Source: a virus. Taken from it: a DNA stretch of 64,000 nucleotides. The notes under the pieces are model-generated. The model was not told where the DNA came from and searched no databases. It saw nothing but the letters and a program-made list of their open reading frames with translations. Positions 1 through 9,167 of the stretch are shown here, in pieces. The stretch is from the UHGV virus genome UHGV-1550212. One strand, given 5' to 3'. How positions within the stretch are numbered: position 1 is the first letter of the stretch; every line of letters begins with the position of its first letter. Made by a program: the position numbers and the translations under genes.

Positions 1-646
1 CAATTACATCGTGGCCAATACCTGACATGGGCTCTGGCTCAGGTTCCGGTTCAGGTTCCGGTTCAGGTTCCGGTTCAGGCTCCGGTTCAGGTTCCGGTTC
101 AGGTTCCGGTTCAGGTTCCGGTTCCGGTTCCGGTTCAGGTTCCGGTTCAGGTTCCGGCTTGGGCTTTGATGAATAGTTAAACATCTTGTGAATCCATTTG
201 CACCACCATTTGTGACATGCATGTGCGCCATCATGATAATACGCTTGCAGCTCCATTGGAATTGCATGATATGCTTTGTCATGTGACATACCTTTGAATA
301 TTCGCAAGTACACATAGCACAAGCAATATGCAATGTAGTACATAAGCGGTGATGCAAGCAGCCACCACCAGCTAAGCACATTGCATGCTGCAAGCACAAT
401 AAGTACAAGCAACGTCGCAAGTGTTACAAAGATGAATTGCTTTGCATGCACAGCTTCATGCTTCAAGGTCTCAGAGTATCTGCTAAGTGTGTCATCATAT
501 GACTTATCACTTCTTATGAAGCACATTGCACACAACGACATTGCATAATAATGTGAAAATGGAATGCATGGCTGGTCGATGACAAGCATTGGTCCAGCAA
601 ACCACAGTCGCCACTGAGATTTATTTGGCAGTGTTGCAGTTTTCAT
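1..646 (-). CDS. HExxH metallopeptidase-like membrane protein with C-terminal (Glu-Pro)n linker; partial, 3' end beyond window
   Basis: ATG at 646..644 (minus), frame open to position 1, so absent from ORF track. Translation [19 protein letters not shown]...[24 protein letters not shown] (HEAVH = HExxH, then hydrophobic segments), ending in ~20 EP dipeptides. Confidence 0.55.
   Translation of the reverse strand, partial: MKTATLPNKSQWRLWFAGPMLVIDQPCIPFSHYYAMSLCAMCFIRSDKSYDDTLSRYSETLKHEAVHAKQFIFVTLATLLVLIVLAACNVLSWWWLLASPLMYYIAYCLCYVYLRIFKGMSHDKAYHAIPMELQAYYHDGAHACHKWWCKWIHKMFNYSSKPKPEPEPEPEPEPEPEPEPEPEPEPEPEPEPEPEPEPEPEPEPEPMSGIGHDVI
31..158 (-). repeat. Tandem GGTTCC/GGTTCA hexamer array (~21 units) encoding alternating Glu-Pro
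   Basis: Direct reading; period 6/12 nt. The track ORF 4..420 (NLNRNL...) is the wrong frame of this array. Confidence 0.9.
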
Positions 647-672
647 AAATGATGTTTATTGTTTGATGATGA

Positions 673-700
673 AGACTGAAGAGCCGAAGCTCTTCAGTCT
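673..700 (-). terminator. 12-bp perfect stem hairpin, UUCG tetraloop on sense strand, after sheath gene stop
   Basis: AGACTGAAGAGC-CGAA-GCTCTTCAGTCT on plus strand; no clear U-tract, so may be an RNA stability element rather than a terminator. Confidence 0.35.
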
Positions 701-709
701 GTCAATTTG

Positions 710-3547
710 CTACTCAGCAGATGCACCTTGCAGTGACAATGTTGTACGATGTACGCCAATTCGAATGCCTTGAGCATTGATGATTTCAGTGTCAAGTACA
801 ATGAATCCGCGAGCAATCGTTTCATCATCATTGTTGCTGCTATCGCAGACATTCGTGTACGAAACTGCGCCACCGGCTGCAACGATGCCATCCATGAAGT
901 TGTCTGCTTTTGTTTTGACCTGCAAACGAACATTTGCAGTGTTTCGTTTGTACTGAGCAGACTTCAGATATGGCTCAATGTTGTCAGCGACATAGATGAG
1001 CAACTCAAGATTTTCAATGTAGCTGAATGCGCTGGTGTAAGCTACTTGTGCAGAACGAGATGTCAGCATTGTGATGACGCCTTGGTCTGAACGAGCGAGC
1101 ATGTTCCAACCTGCAGGTTCAAGGTCATCCATATCAGACCCTTCACCTTGCGAGACAATCATGTCAATGTCGGTTACACCAACACCAGACAGTGGCCACT
1201 CATCACCAGCAACGACGTCAAAGACATGCTTGCCTGCTTCTGTATGCTTTCTCATGAAGACATTCGACAAGATACCTGTTGCAGGAATCGTCATATCATC
1301 AATGCCATCATTGTAGCGAACATTGGCTACATATGTGATGAACGGTGCGCCATCAGTTTGACCTGCGAAGCTGAACAACTTGCTGTATGGTTTATCGGTG
1401 TTACCACCTGCAGCACAGTACTTAGACTCAATTGGGTCACCTGCATTGTCCTTAAAGTACGGGTCAGTTGAGCGGAACAAGTCATACTTGGTTGGCAGAG
1501 CAGAGAATGCGATTGCACGTTTTGAATCATTGCAAATCTTTGCAAACTCGTACTTTTGATTTGCTGCAATGTATGTCTTGAATGGGTCAACTACATAACG
1601 CCATTGACATTGATTGTGGTCCATCAAGCTACGATAAACGCCGCCTGAAATGAGAGCTTGCAGTACTTCTGTCTGACGTGCAGATGTGCCATCAACAAAT
1701 TGAGTTGCACGAAGAGCTACACCATGTAGATATGCGCCCTTGAAGAACTTAACTTGGTCAACAAGCTTCGTCAATGACCAAACAGACGCCTGCGAGGCGT
1801 ACTTCATCATTGAGCCATCTGCAAGTTCAAATTCGCCTTCAGCACCTGCAGCTTTGTATGCCAATGCACCAGTGAATTGATATTCAATCAGCACTTTGTT
1901 TTCTGCAAATGCGTCGTAGACATTCTTCTTCTCAAGCGGCGACAAATCAGCTTCAGTGATTGTGATTGGCATACCGCCATACTTGAGTGGCTTGTCTAAT
2001 GGCAGGCCATTTGAATCATATTCAACAAGGTCACCGCCATATGAAATTGTCTCACCTGCAGCTCTTGCTTTACGAGCTTTCGTTGATGAAGTTTCTGCAT
2101 CTGCAGACTCTTCGCCGCCAATTATGACTGTTGAGCCTTGTGGATAGATGAAGTTGCCCTTTGCATCCTGAGGGAATGCTACCTTTGCACCTGATTCGTT
2201 AGTGTACATTGGAATGCCGCCTTCCTTGCCAATGACAGGAACTGCGCGATATTCAGCTACAACTGCGCGACTTGTACAACGTACTGGCGAGCCATCTGCA
2301 CCAATAAAGATGTCGCCAAGCGAAATTGGCAACACTGGTGCAACAAATGAAGTCTTTGAAGCTTCACCTGGCTGCACAAATGGAACCATCACATTAACAA
2401 ACTCAGATGACACGAAGTCCTTGAGCTGTTCTTTTGTGATTGCGACATCTGTTGCTGTTGGCGTGCAGTCAATCTTTTCAGGATTGATGTCAGTTGACGG
2501 ACGAGCCATGCCAAGATATTGATGCGTAGCATCATCAGCAAACAGTGGACCTGCAGCGTCATCTACAGAAATGTAGTTCGAACCAAAGATGTCCACTGCA
2601 CGTTGGAAACGAGCATCTTCGATATCATTCGAATTGTAGAACTCGTCAACCTTGTCAGGGTCAATCTTACACATGATACCCGTCGTGTCTGACACTGCAT
2701 TCACAGCAGTTTCCAATGACAACTTGTTACCATTGATATCAAGCAAGTCAGGAATCAATGAGCCAGATACACGACCCATGTAGCCAGATGCAGCAAGCTT
2801 TGACAATGCCTCAGGACCATACATGCCATCAACTTGTGCACGGATACCATCCTTTGTGAAGTACTTGCCATATACAGTCGAACCTGCAAGTGACTCATAG
2901 TTCGTCAGCTTTTCAGAGAAGAACCAAACGTCAACCATATAGTCTGACACAAGGTCATTGCAATTCACGCCAGGCACATACATTGATGGGAAGCGGTCTT
3001 GAACTGACTTGATATCATAATCATAGCCAGTCAATGTCGTCGGCGTAATGAAGATTGTTGCAGACTTGTTTGTAAGTGTTGAGAAGTTGAGCAGTTGTAC
3101 AGGGTCAGTGCCAACTGCATTGAGCAGATTCAATGGCTCAGCTTTCCAGAAGTTTGATGTATCATAGACATCCTTAAATGGAACGTCTACAGGCGAGCCA
3201 TCTTCTCCTGAGCTGTTTGCAGCAAAAGTCACTCGTGACAACACATCGCTATCATTGAATGAGCGCAAGTTCAACACAAGAATTGGGCTTGTTGCAAGCA
3301 TTTGCTCTGCAATGAGACCAGCGAAACAGCCGGCACGCTCCAAACGCTTGTCACGTTGACCGAAAATTTCATGCAGCTGGTCTGCATCTTCAACAAGCGC
3401 GGCGCGATTGACCGGACCGTTCTTCCACTGGCCAGGCAGCAATCGAAGTGTTTGAGCGGGCAGTGAGTCAAGGCGACTTGCGTCAATGAACAGACGATAT
3501 GTCCCGACTGACTTGAACCGTTCAAATAAAGAAGTGTTATTTGCCAT
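710..3547 (-). CDS. Tail sheath-like structural protein (T4 gp18-like), 945 aa
   Basis: ORF 710..3631 trimmed to ATG at 3547 (MANNTSLFERF; ATG at 3628 also possible). C-terminus ...YTNVCDSSNNDDETIARGFIVLDTEI resembles the conserved sheath C-terminus as recalled; large size, structural neighbourhood. Confidence 0.5.
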   Translation of the reverse strand: MANNTSLFERFKSVGTYRLFIDASRLDSLPAQTLRLLPGQWKNGPVNRAALVEDADQLHEIFGQRDKRLERAGCFAGLIAEQMLATSPILVLNLRSFNDSDVLSRVTFAANSSGEDGSPVDVPFKDVYDTSNFWKAEPLNLLNAVGTDPVQLLNFSTLTNKSATIFITPTTLTGYDYDIKSVQDRFPSMYVPGVNCNDLVSDYMVDVWFFSEKLTNYESLAGSTVYGKYFTKDGIRAQVDGMYGPEALSKLAASGYMGRVSGSLIPDLLDINGNKLSLETAVNAVSDTTGIMCKIDPDKVDEFYNSNDIEDARFQRAVDIFGSNYISVDDAAGPLFADDATHQYLGMARPSTDINPEKIDCTPTATDVAITKEQLKDFVSSEFVNVMVPFVQPGEASKTSFVAPVLPISLGDIFIGADGSPVRCTSRAVVAEYRAVPVIGKEGGIPMYTNESGAKVAFPQDAKGNFIYPQGSTVIIGGEESADAETSSTKARKARAAGETISYGGDLVEYDSNGLPLDKPLKYGGMPITITEADLSPLEKKNVYDAFAENKVLIEYQFTGALAYKAAGAEGEFELADGSMMKYASQASVWSLTKLVDQVKFFKGAYLHGVALRATQFVDGTSARQTEVLQALISGGVYRSLMDHNQCQWRYVVDPFKTYIAANQKYEFAKICNDSKRAIAFSALPTKYDLFRSTDPYFKDNAGDPIESKYCAAGGNTDKPYSKLFSFAGQTDGAPFITYVANVRYNDGIDDMTIPATGILSNVFMRKHTEAGKHVFDVVAGDEWPLSGVGVTDIDMIVSQGEGSDMDDLEPAGWNMLARSDQGVITMLTSRSAQVAYTSAFSYIENLELLIYVADNIEPYLKSAQYKRNTANVRLQVKTKADNFMDGIVAAGGAVSYTNVCDSSNNDDETIARGFIVLDTEIINAQGIRIGVHRTTLSLQGASAE

Positions 3548-3653
3548 GTTCGTTATCGTATTTGTTGTAAATTGTGAAATGTTGCTTTGTTTGATTATAA
3601 CTTGATATATGTATGTATATGATGACATCAAACATGTTGTTGACCAAAATCAA

Positions 3654-3681
3654 AAAGACCAGCTCAATTGAGCTGGTCTTT
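3654..3681 (-). terminator. Intrinsic terminator, 28-nt perfect palindrome
   Basis: AAAGACCAGCTCAATTGAGCTGGTCTTT; T-rich on sense strand downstream; lies between stop of 3705..7820 and start of sheath gene. Confidence 0.6.
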
Positions 3682-3704
3682 CAAATGCTGTTTAACTGTC
3701 ATCA

Positions 3705-6700
3705 TTAGCCACGAATCAAGTCAACCAAGCGTTGCTGTTCAGGAGTCAATGAAGACTTTCCGCTGCCATCAATGTTTTCGTTAACGAAACCGACTGGCTG
3801 CTTAGTCGAATATGACTTGATTGCAGCCCAGTTACGTGAACGATAGAATGCTGCGACATCTGACTCATTTACGAAAGTGCGAACTGCTGCCTGAGTAGCA
3901 ATCAATGACTTCTGTTCAGGAGTCAAGCTTTCATAAATGTACTTGTATGCTGTTGGCATATGCTTCAGATACAATGGTGTATGGTCAATTGGCTGCAGGT
4001 TCTCATCCAAGACTGCTACACCAGCAGCATCATAGCGAGTTGCAAGCTGCTTTGTTTGACGACGCAATGCAGCAATTTCATGCTTGATGCTTGTCAAGCA
4101 TTCATCAGTTGCTTGTGCGCCAAGATATGTGCGAAGCATATCAGACAGCATCTTCTGATTTGCATCGGTCAAATCACCTGCAACTTCAATGCCAGTCAGC
4201 TGGCCATCTTTGCTGATGACTACAGAAATTGTAGAACCGTCGCGTTCAACTGTGCGGAAGTCAAAGTCATCGTATGACTTATCCTTAAGGACAGCTTCAC
4301 GAATATTGTCATCTACGCCTTCATTGACCATGCTCATGCATTCCTCAACATCTACGTCAAGTCCAAGCTCTTCTGCAGTTTCAGCAATCTTTTCTGCAAG
4401 CTGAGCTTTATTCTCAACTTTGTCAAGGTCTGCTGCATCTGATACAGCATCGACAAGTTCATCTGCCTGTGCACGAGTAATCGTTGAAGCATCAACAAGG
4501 CCATCAATGATTTGCTCTACATCTGCAGGTGTCGGCTTGTTGTCTTCTGCTGCTTCATTGATAAACTTGGCAGTCTTTGGCTTGTAGCTAAGCTTGCCCT
4601 CATTGACCATCTCATCCTGCAATTGTGCAGCGATGTATGCAATTAGCAATGACTTGTTGGCTTCAAGTTCATCGACTGCTTCAGCAGACTTTTGAGCTTT
4701 GATGAGTTCATCGTAAGCTGCTGCAACTTTGTCATCCATCGTAGACTTGTCAGGGTCAATGTTTTTGATGCATGTCTTGACAATATCATCCTGATAGAAC
4801 TTGTCAATGATTGATTTGTCTGTGTCAGAGTATGTTGCATATAACTTGTCTGCGACAATTGATTCATTGACAATCTTGCCTGGCTCAGATGCAGGAACAA
4901 GAGTCCACTTACCATCAACTTCTGCAACAATGCCTGAAGTCGATTCGCCATAAGTGACTGTTAGACGAGTGCCTGCTTCATTGTTGTCAATTGTGTTGAC
5001 GACTGCTTCGAATTCATTACCATCAGCGTCATAGATTTTGATGCTGTCACCGACAGCAGCTTCATCTACTGGTGCTTCGAAGAACTCTTTGACAAAGTTC
5101 TGAACATCAACGGGCAGACTGTCATATGGCTGTGATGCATAGTACTCTGAGTCAGCATCAAGGTAATTCTTTGAAAGCAGCCAAGCTTTTCGAGTAGCAA
5201 CATCTGCAGCATTCCAAGCATCGACTGACTCATCGCAGTCATCGACAAGTGCAAGATACTCATGGTCTTTCTTGTCATCAAAACGAAGAGTAATCTTTTG
5301 TTCGGGCTTGCCAGCAGGCCAAACTTCGACTTCAATTTCTGTAGTGCCTGCAACATTTTTGACTGTGCCTACAACAATCTTGTCGCCTTTGTTGATGCCA
5401 TTAGACATGTCGTATGGTGCTTCAATAGATTCATCTGTCGACTGAGCTCGAATTGCTGCAGCAATAGCATTACGAGATTCATTGTCGAACATCTCCCATG
5501 TAGCATTCGCAGCATCTTCTACACCAATCTTGTCTTTGCCAACCTGCTCAATCAACTGATTGCGGTCAGCTACTGAAGCATTGTACCACCAGTCTGCAGC
5601 AGTGTCAGATGCTTCATTGACAAATGCATTGAGCAATGCAGTCTGAACGTTATCAGGCAACTTGTCAAAGTCAACAAGCTCTACGTCATCTGCAATATTT
5701 GCTTGCTTTGCTGTTGCTTTACGGCCATCTGCATCAGACTTATTCCAGTCATCAATGAATGCCTGTTCAGCAGCAGATTCATCAAGCGCTTTGACAGTTT
5801 CATATCGACCGTCATACAGCATGTACTTATCGCCTTCTTTGATGGCTACAGACTCCTTGCCATTGTACTTGAATGACACTTTGTCACCATTGAAGCCGGT
5901 CAATTCAGCTGTGATTTTATCGCCATTCTTGTCATACACTTCAACTGTCTGCTCTTCATCAATGTTCAAGTGCTTCTTGAGTGCATCTACAAGTTCTTTG
6001 CCAAGAGCGTCTTCATTGTCATGGGCTTGCTGGAAGCAATCTTCATCTGACTTGTCAGGCTGAACAGCTTTCAATGCTGTTGCCCGATTAAGCATTGACA
6101 TCGTGCCCCAGATTGACATGAAGCTTTTGCCCTCATTGTCTTGTGCTTCGGCTTCGTCAATTGCATCAATGTCTTTCTCAAGCATTGCATGATGAGCAAT
6201 GTCGATGCCAGACCATTTCGTCTTTGCATTATATGGCAAACCAATATGCTTCGACAAAATTGACTGACGTTGGTCATCTGTGAATGAATCCCAAGCTTCG
6301 CCAAGTGTTGCATGCTTTGCTTCATCAGCAGCAAATTCTGTTTCAATCTTAAGTTTGTGGTCCTTGTCAATCAGTTGCCACTTGGCATTTGGACGATAGA
6401 ACTCAGACAATGACAGCTTGTCAAGAATGACTTTGCGTTCGTCATCTGACAATTCGTCCCACTTGTTGTCAGCAGATTCATCGATGTTGACGAGTTCTTT
6501 CTCAATGAGATTCTTGTCAAGCATTGCATCAATGATTGGCTGCTGGGCTTCTGCTGGAATGTCTTTGAACGACTTAATTGCAATGACAGCGTCTTTGTCA
6601 TCAACTTTAGCAGCTTCAACAATTTCTGTCTTCACTTCATCAGTCAAAGCGCCCCAAGCAGCATCGAGATAATCAAAGTTGAGAGCTTCATCACATTCAA

Positions 6701-7820
6701 CAATGCCATACTGCTTTGCAATGTCATTGTGCTTGTCAAGATTGCTGTTGAGTTCAGCTTCAATTGCTGCTTTGATGTCATCAATTGACTTATCTTCAAC
6801 TTCAAGCTCAAGAGCTTTTGCAAGTTCAGTCAATGCTGCATCATCAAGCTTGCTAATGTCATAAGGCTTAGCATCTTCATTTGTGAAGTCAATGCCAAGC
6901 AAAGACATTGCTTGCTTCTTGTTTTCTTCTGAGAGTGCATCGAATGCAGTTGCAAGACCGACATCGGTGTAGTCGCACCCAACTTCGTCAAGTAATGCTT
7001 CGACTTTCTGGATGTTTTCTACGCCAACTTCGTTAGCATCAGCATTGTTGTATGCCTCAACAAAACGTGATTGGTTTGTCATGGTAGTGAAATCTTCTAT
7101 TGATTCGTTTATGAGTTGCTGTTTGAGTGCATCCAATGATGCTGAGCCAATCAATGCATCAGGGAATAGCTTCTGCAACATACCTGTACGTGCAAGCTCA
7201 ATCAATTGGAGCATCAATGAGTTTGGCGAGTCTTCGTCATCTACAGATTCACAAATGAGAGTGTCTTTTGATTCATTAACTGAACCGACAAGATTGAACT
7301 CTGCATTCGAAAAGCCTGGCTGTGCAACCAAATCAAATGTCACGATTTTGAGAAGCTGAACTCTGCCAGTAGTTGGATTGACTACGCCAAGGGCGCGACT
7401 TGAAATGAACAATGGCGAACCTGCTGTAACAATTGCCCATGCAATGCGACCTGCAGGCGTATCAAGAATTGTAATGTAGCCTTCAAAACGTCGTTTTTCA
7501 GGATTCCATTCAATACTGTCCAATCTGTGGCTTACGTTTCCATAACGTACAGTACGTCGCTTAACATGTTCAAGTTCGCCAAGAAGTCGCTTTGCTTTAA
7601 TTGCAGGTTGCAATGCCTGTACTTGAGCAAAGTAATTCTCAAAGTCATACGTGCGCCCATTTTCGTTTTTCTGGTCCATGTATGCATACACGCCAAAAAG
7701 ACGACCAAGTGCGCCGCTTGGCACATGAGAATCTTCTGCTTCAACTACAAACTGACAATCTGCGCGGCTTTCAAGCATAAGTGAGGCTTCCCTGCCTTTG
7801 TACTTATATGACTTTGCCAT
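3705..7820 (-). CDS. Prohead core protease-like N-terminal domain (T4 gp21-like, ~210 aa) fused to ~1160-aa highly acidic low-complexity region (scaffold/internal-protein-like)
   Basis: First ATG at 7820 (MAKSYKYK). N-terminus ...NGRTYDFENYF...LLGELEHV...GYITILDTPAGRIA...FISSRALG matches prohead protease motifs as recalled; remainder is Asp/Glu-rich throughout. Confidence 0.6.
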   Translation of the reverse strand: MAKSYKYKGREASLMLESRADCQFVVEAEDSHVPSGALGRLFGVYAYMDQKNENGRTYDFENYFAQVQALQPAIKAKRLLGELEHVKRRTVRYGNVSHRLDSIEWNPEKRRFEGYITILDTPAGRIAWAIVTAGSPLFISSRALGVVNPTTGRVQLLKIVTFDLVAQPGFSNAEFNLVGSVNESKDTLICESVDDEDSPNSLMLQLIELARTGMLQKLFPDALIGSASLDALKQQLINESIEDFTTMTNQSRFVEAYNNADANEVGVENIQKVEALLDEVGCDYTDVGLATAFDALSEENKKQAMSLLGIDFTNEDAKPYDISKLDDAALTELAKALELEVEDKSIDDIKAAIEAELNSNLDKHNDIAKQYGIVECDEALNFDYLDAAWGALTDEVKTEIVEAAKVDDKDAVIAIKSFKDIPAEAQQPIIDAMLDKNLIEKELVNIDESADNKWDELSDDERKVILDKLSLSEFYRPNAKWQLIDKDHKLKIETEFAADEAKHATLGEAWDSFTDDQRQSILSKHIGLPYNAKTKWSGIDIAHHAMLEKDIDAIDEAEAQDNEGKSFMSIWGTMSMLNRATALKAVQPDKSDEDCFQQAHDNEDALGKELVDALKKHLNIDEEQTVEVYDKNGDKITAELTGFNGDKVSFKYNGKESVAIKEGDKYMLYDGRYETVKALDESAAEQAFIDDWNKSDADGRKATAKQANIADDVELVDFDKLPDNVQTALLNAFVNEASDTAADWWYNASVADRNQLIEQVGKDKIGVEDAANATWEMFDNESRNAIAAAIRAQSTDESIEAPYDMSNGINKGDKIVVGTVKNVAGTTEIEVEVWPAGKPEQKITLRFDDKKDHEYLALVDDCDESVDAWNAADVATRKAWLLSKNYLDADSEYYASQPYDSLPVDVQNFVKEFFEAPVDEAAVGDSIKIYDADGNEFEAVVNTIDNNEAGTRLTVTYGESTSGIVAEVDGKWTLVPASEPGKIVNESIVADKLYATYSDTDKSIIDKFYQDDIVKTCIKNIDPDKSTMDDKVAAAYDELIKAQKSAEAVDELEANKSLLIAYIAAQLQDEMVNEGKLSYKPKTAKFINEAAEDNKPTPADVEQIIDGLVDASTITRAQADELVDAVSDAADLDKVENKAQLAEKIAETAEELGLDVDVEECMSMVNEGVDDNIREAVLKDKSYDDFDFRTVERDGSTISVVISKDGQLTGIEVAGDLTDANQKMLSDMLRTYLGAQATDECLTSIKHEIAALRRQTKQLATRYDAAGVAVLDENLQPIDHTPLYLKHMPTAYKYIYESLTPEQKSLIATQAAVRTFVNESDVAAFYRSRNWAAIKSYSTKQPVGFVNENIDGSGKSSLTPEQQRLVDLIRG

Positions 7821-7898
7821 ATTTGAATTGTGTTTGAAAGTTTGCAAATTTTTGTTGTTATTGATTATATATGCAAGGCAGACTTGTGTGTTGAAAAA

Positions 7899-7927
7899 TT
7901 GCAAAATTTCAGTTATGTGTACATAAC
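7899..7927. promoter_or_regulatory. Divergent intergenic region with TTGCAA box and inverted repeat GTTATGT-GT-ACATAAC
   Basis: Between minus gene start 7820 and plus RuvC-like start 7954; 7-bp arms around a TGTACA core at 7912-7927. Confidence 0.3.
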
Positions 7928-7953
7928 AAAACCATCCAAATCAATTCAATTAT

Positions 7954-8622
7954 ATGTCAACAAACAATCATGGCAAGCTCAGATTGCTTGAGCTCAAAGA
8001 AGCACAGCCATATGACACGCTCAAAATTGGCATTGACGTATCAGTAGATGCTACTGGCATGTGCATGATATTTGGCAAAACTGTTGCGCTGTTCAAATTT
8101 ACGCCGCACTTGCCACCAGAAGATGACAGTTCAGATGATGTGAATTTTGTGCAGTTCAACAAAATCTATCTGCAAACATCATCTTCTGCAAGAGAACGCT
8201 CAAAAATGCATACTCGACACACACTTGCAAACAAGATTGTTGACGCGATTGATATGTTCATGCAGGAAATTTGGCCGAATAGCCCAGCAAACATTCAAAT
8301 TGTTACAGAAGGGTCTGCATATGGCTATGCCGCACACAACTCTAACAGCTTGGTAGAACTTGCTGAATTTAGAAGCGTGATTTTAGAAAGAGTCTATCAT
8401 CGTTGGCCACTCGGCACGCATCTAAGTCTTGACGTTATTGCGCCAAAATCATTGAAGAAACATGCAACCGGTGACGGCAAAGCAGACAAACTAAAGATGA
8501 TTGAAGCTGCAATTGCTAAGTTGACACACATTCATTGGGCAGGCAAAATTGACGATGAATGCGATGCATTGCATCTTTGTCTGTATGAGCCATTAAGCAA
8601 TCCTGAACCACGACTTTGGTGA
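7954..8622 (+). CDS. RuvC-like Holliday junction resolvase
   Basis: LKIGIDVSVDATG (Asp motif I), IVTEGSAYGYA (catalytic Glu), DDECDALHLCLY (C-terminal Asp/His motif); 222 aa. Confidence 0.65.
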   Translation: MSTNNHGKLRLLELKEAQPYDTLKIGIDVSVDATGMCMIFGKTVALFKFTPHLPPEDDSSDDVNFVQFNKIYLQTSSSARERSKMHTRHTLANKIVDAIDMFMQEIWPNSPANIQIVTEGSAYGYAAHNSNSLVELAEFRSVILERVYHRWPLGTHLSLDVIAPKSLKKHATGDGKADKLKMIEAAIAKLTHIHWAGKIDDECDALHLCLYEPLSNPEPRLW

Positions 8623-8788
8623 CATTACATCGTACAACATAAGTTTCATTTCAAAAACTCAATTCATATGCAAATCCCTCGTAACTGGGGGTGGGGCACA
8701 ACAAGCCCTCCAAGTCAAAGACGGCGCATTTGACATCACTGTGCGCTTTACATGTGAAAGCTCTACAGCTGCACAATATAAGTACATC

Positions 8789-9049
8789 ATGGTGCACATT
8801 GATGGCTTACATGCAGCAGGTCAATATGCATATCTTGGCGTATCATTGTCACAGACAGGCGTCATATACCATGCAAAGTGGACATCTGGTTCTGGTACAG
8901 GACCTCAAGGCCCATTTAAGCCAGGCACAATTATCAGATTTGGCTTGCACAATTCAGTGTCATCAACTACAACGCCTCGTGCAATGCAAGCAATAGAAGT
9001 TGACGCAAAGCAATTTGGGCAAAATTATGCTATATTGTTTCAGCTGTAG
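8789..9049 (+). CDS. Hypothetical protein (86 aa)
   Basis: First in-frame ATG of track ORF 8741..9049 (GTG start); downstream of RuvC-like gene on same strand, followed by hairpin at 9094. Confidence 0.3.
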   Translation: MVHIDGLHAAGQYAYLGVSLSQTGVIYHAKWTSGSGTGPQGPFKPGTIIRFGLHNSVSSTTTPRAMQAIEVDAKQFGQNYAILFQL

Positions 9050-9093
9050 TATTGATTGCAATGGTATGCACTCGTTAACATAAGCATCAAAAA

Positions 9094-9120
9094 ACTCCGA
9101 CAGAATTGTTCTGTCGGAGT
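9094..9120. terminator. Bidirectional intrinsic terminator between convergent genes
   Basis: ACTCCGACAGAA-TTG-TTCTGTCGGAGT, 12-bp perfect stem, A-run upstream and T-rich downstream. Confidence 0.65.
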
Positions 9121-9167
9121 TTGCTGTTGTAAACAGCTGTCTTAATGTTTTGCAATCTATAGCAAAT

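Noticed and set aside
4-420. Track ORF encoding NLNRNLNR repeats
   Set aside because: Wrong frame of the hexamer array; the EP frame continues from ATG 646 through position 1 and has the coherent membrane/HExxH N-terminus.
5662-6864. Several Ser/Ala-rich plus-strand ORFs (5662..6063, 6418..6672, 6679..6864)
   Set aside because: Complement of Asp/Glu codon runs in the acidic domain of 3705..7820; low complexity, no start context.
8684-8696. G-rich tract CTGGGGGTGGGG as G-quadruplex or regulatory RNA
   Set aside because: Only two G runs, no flanking conservation; probably incidental.
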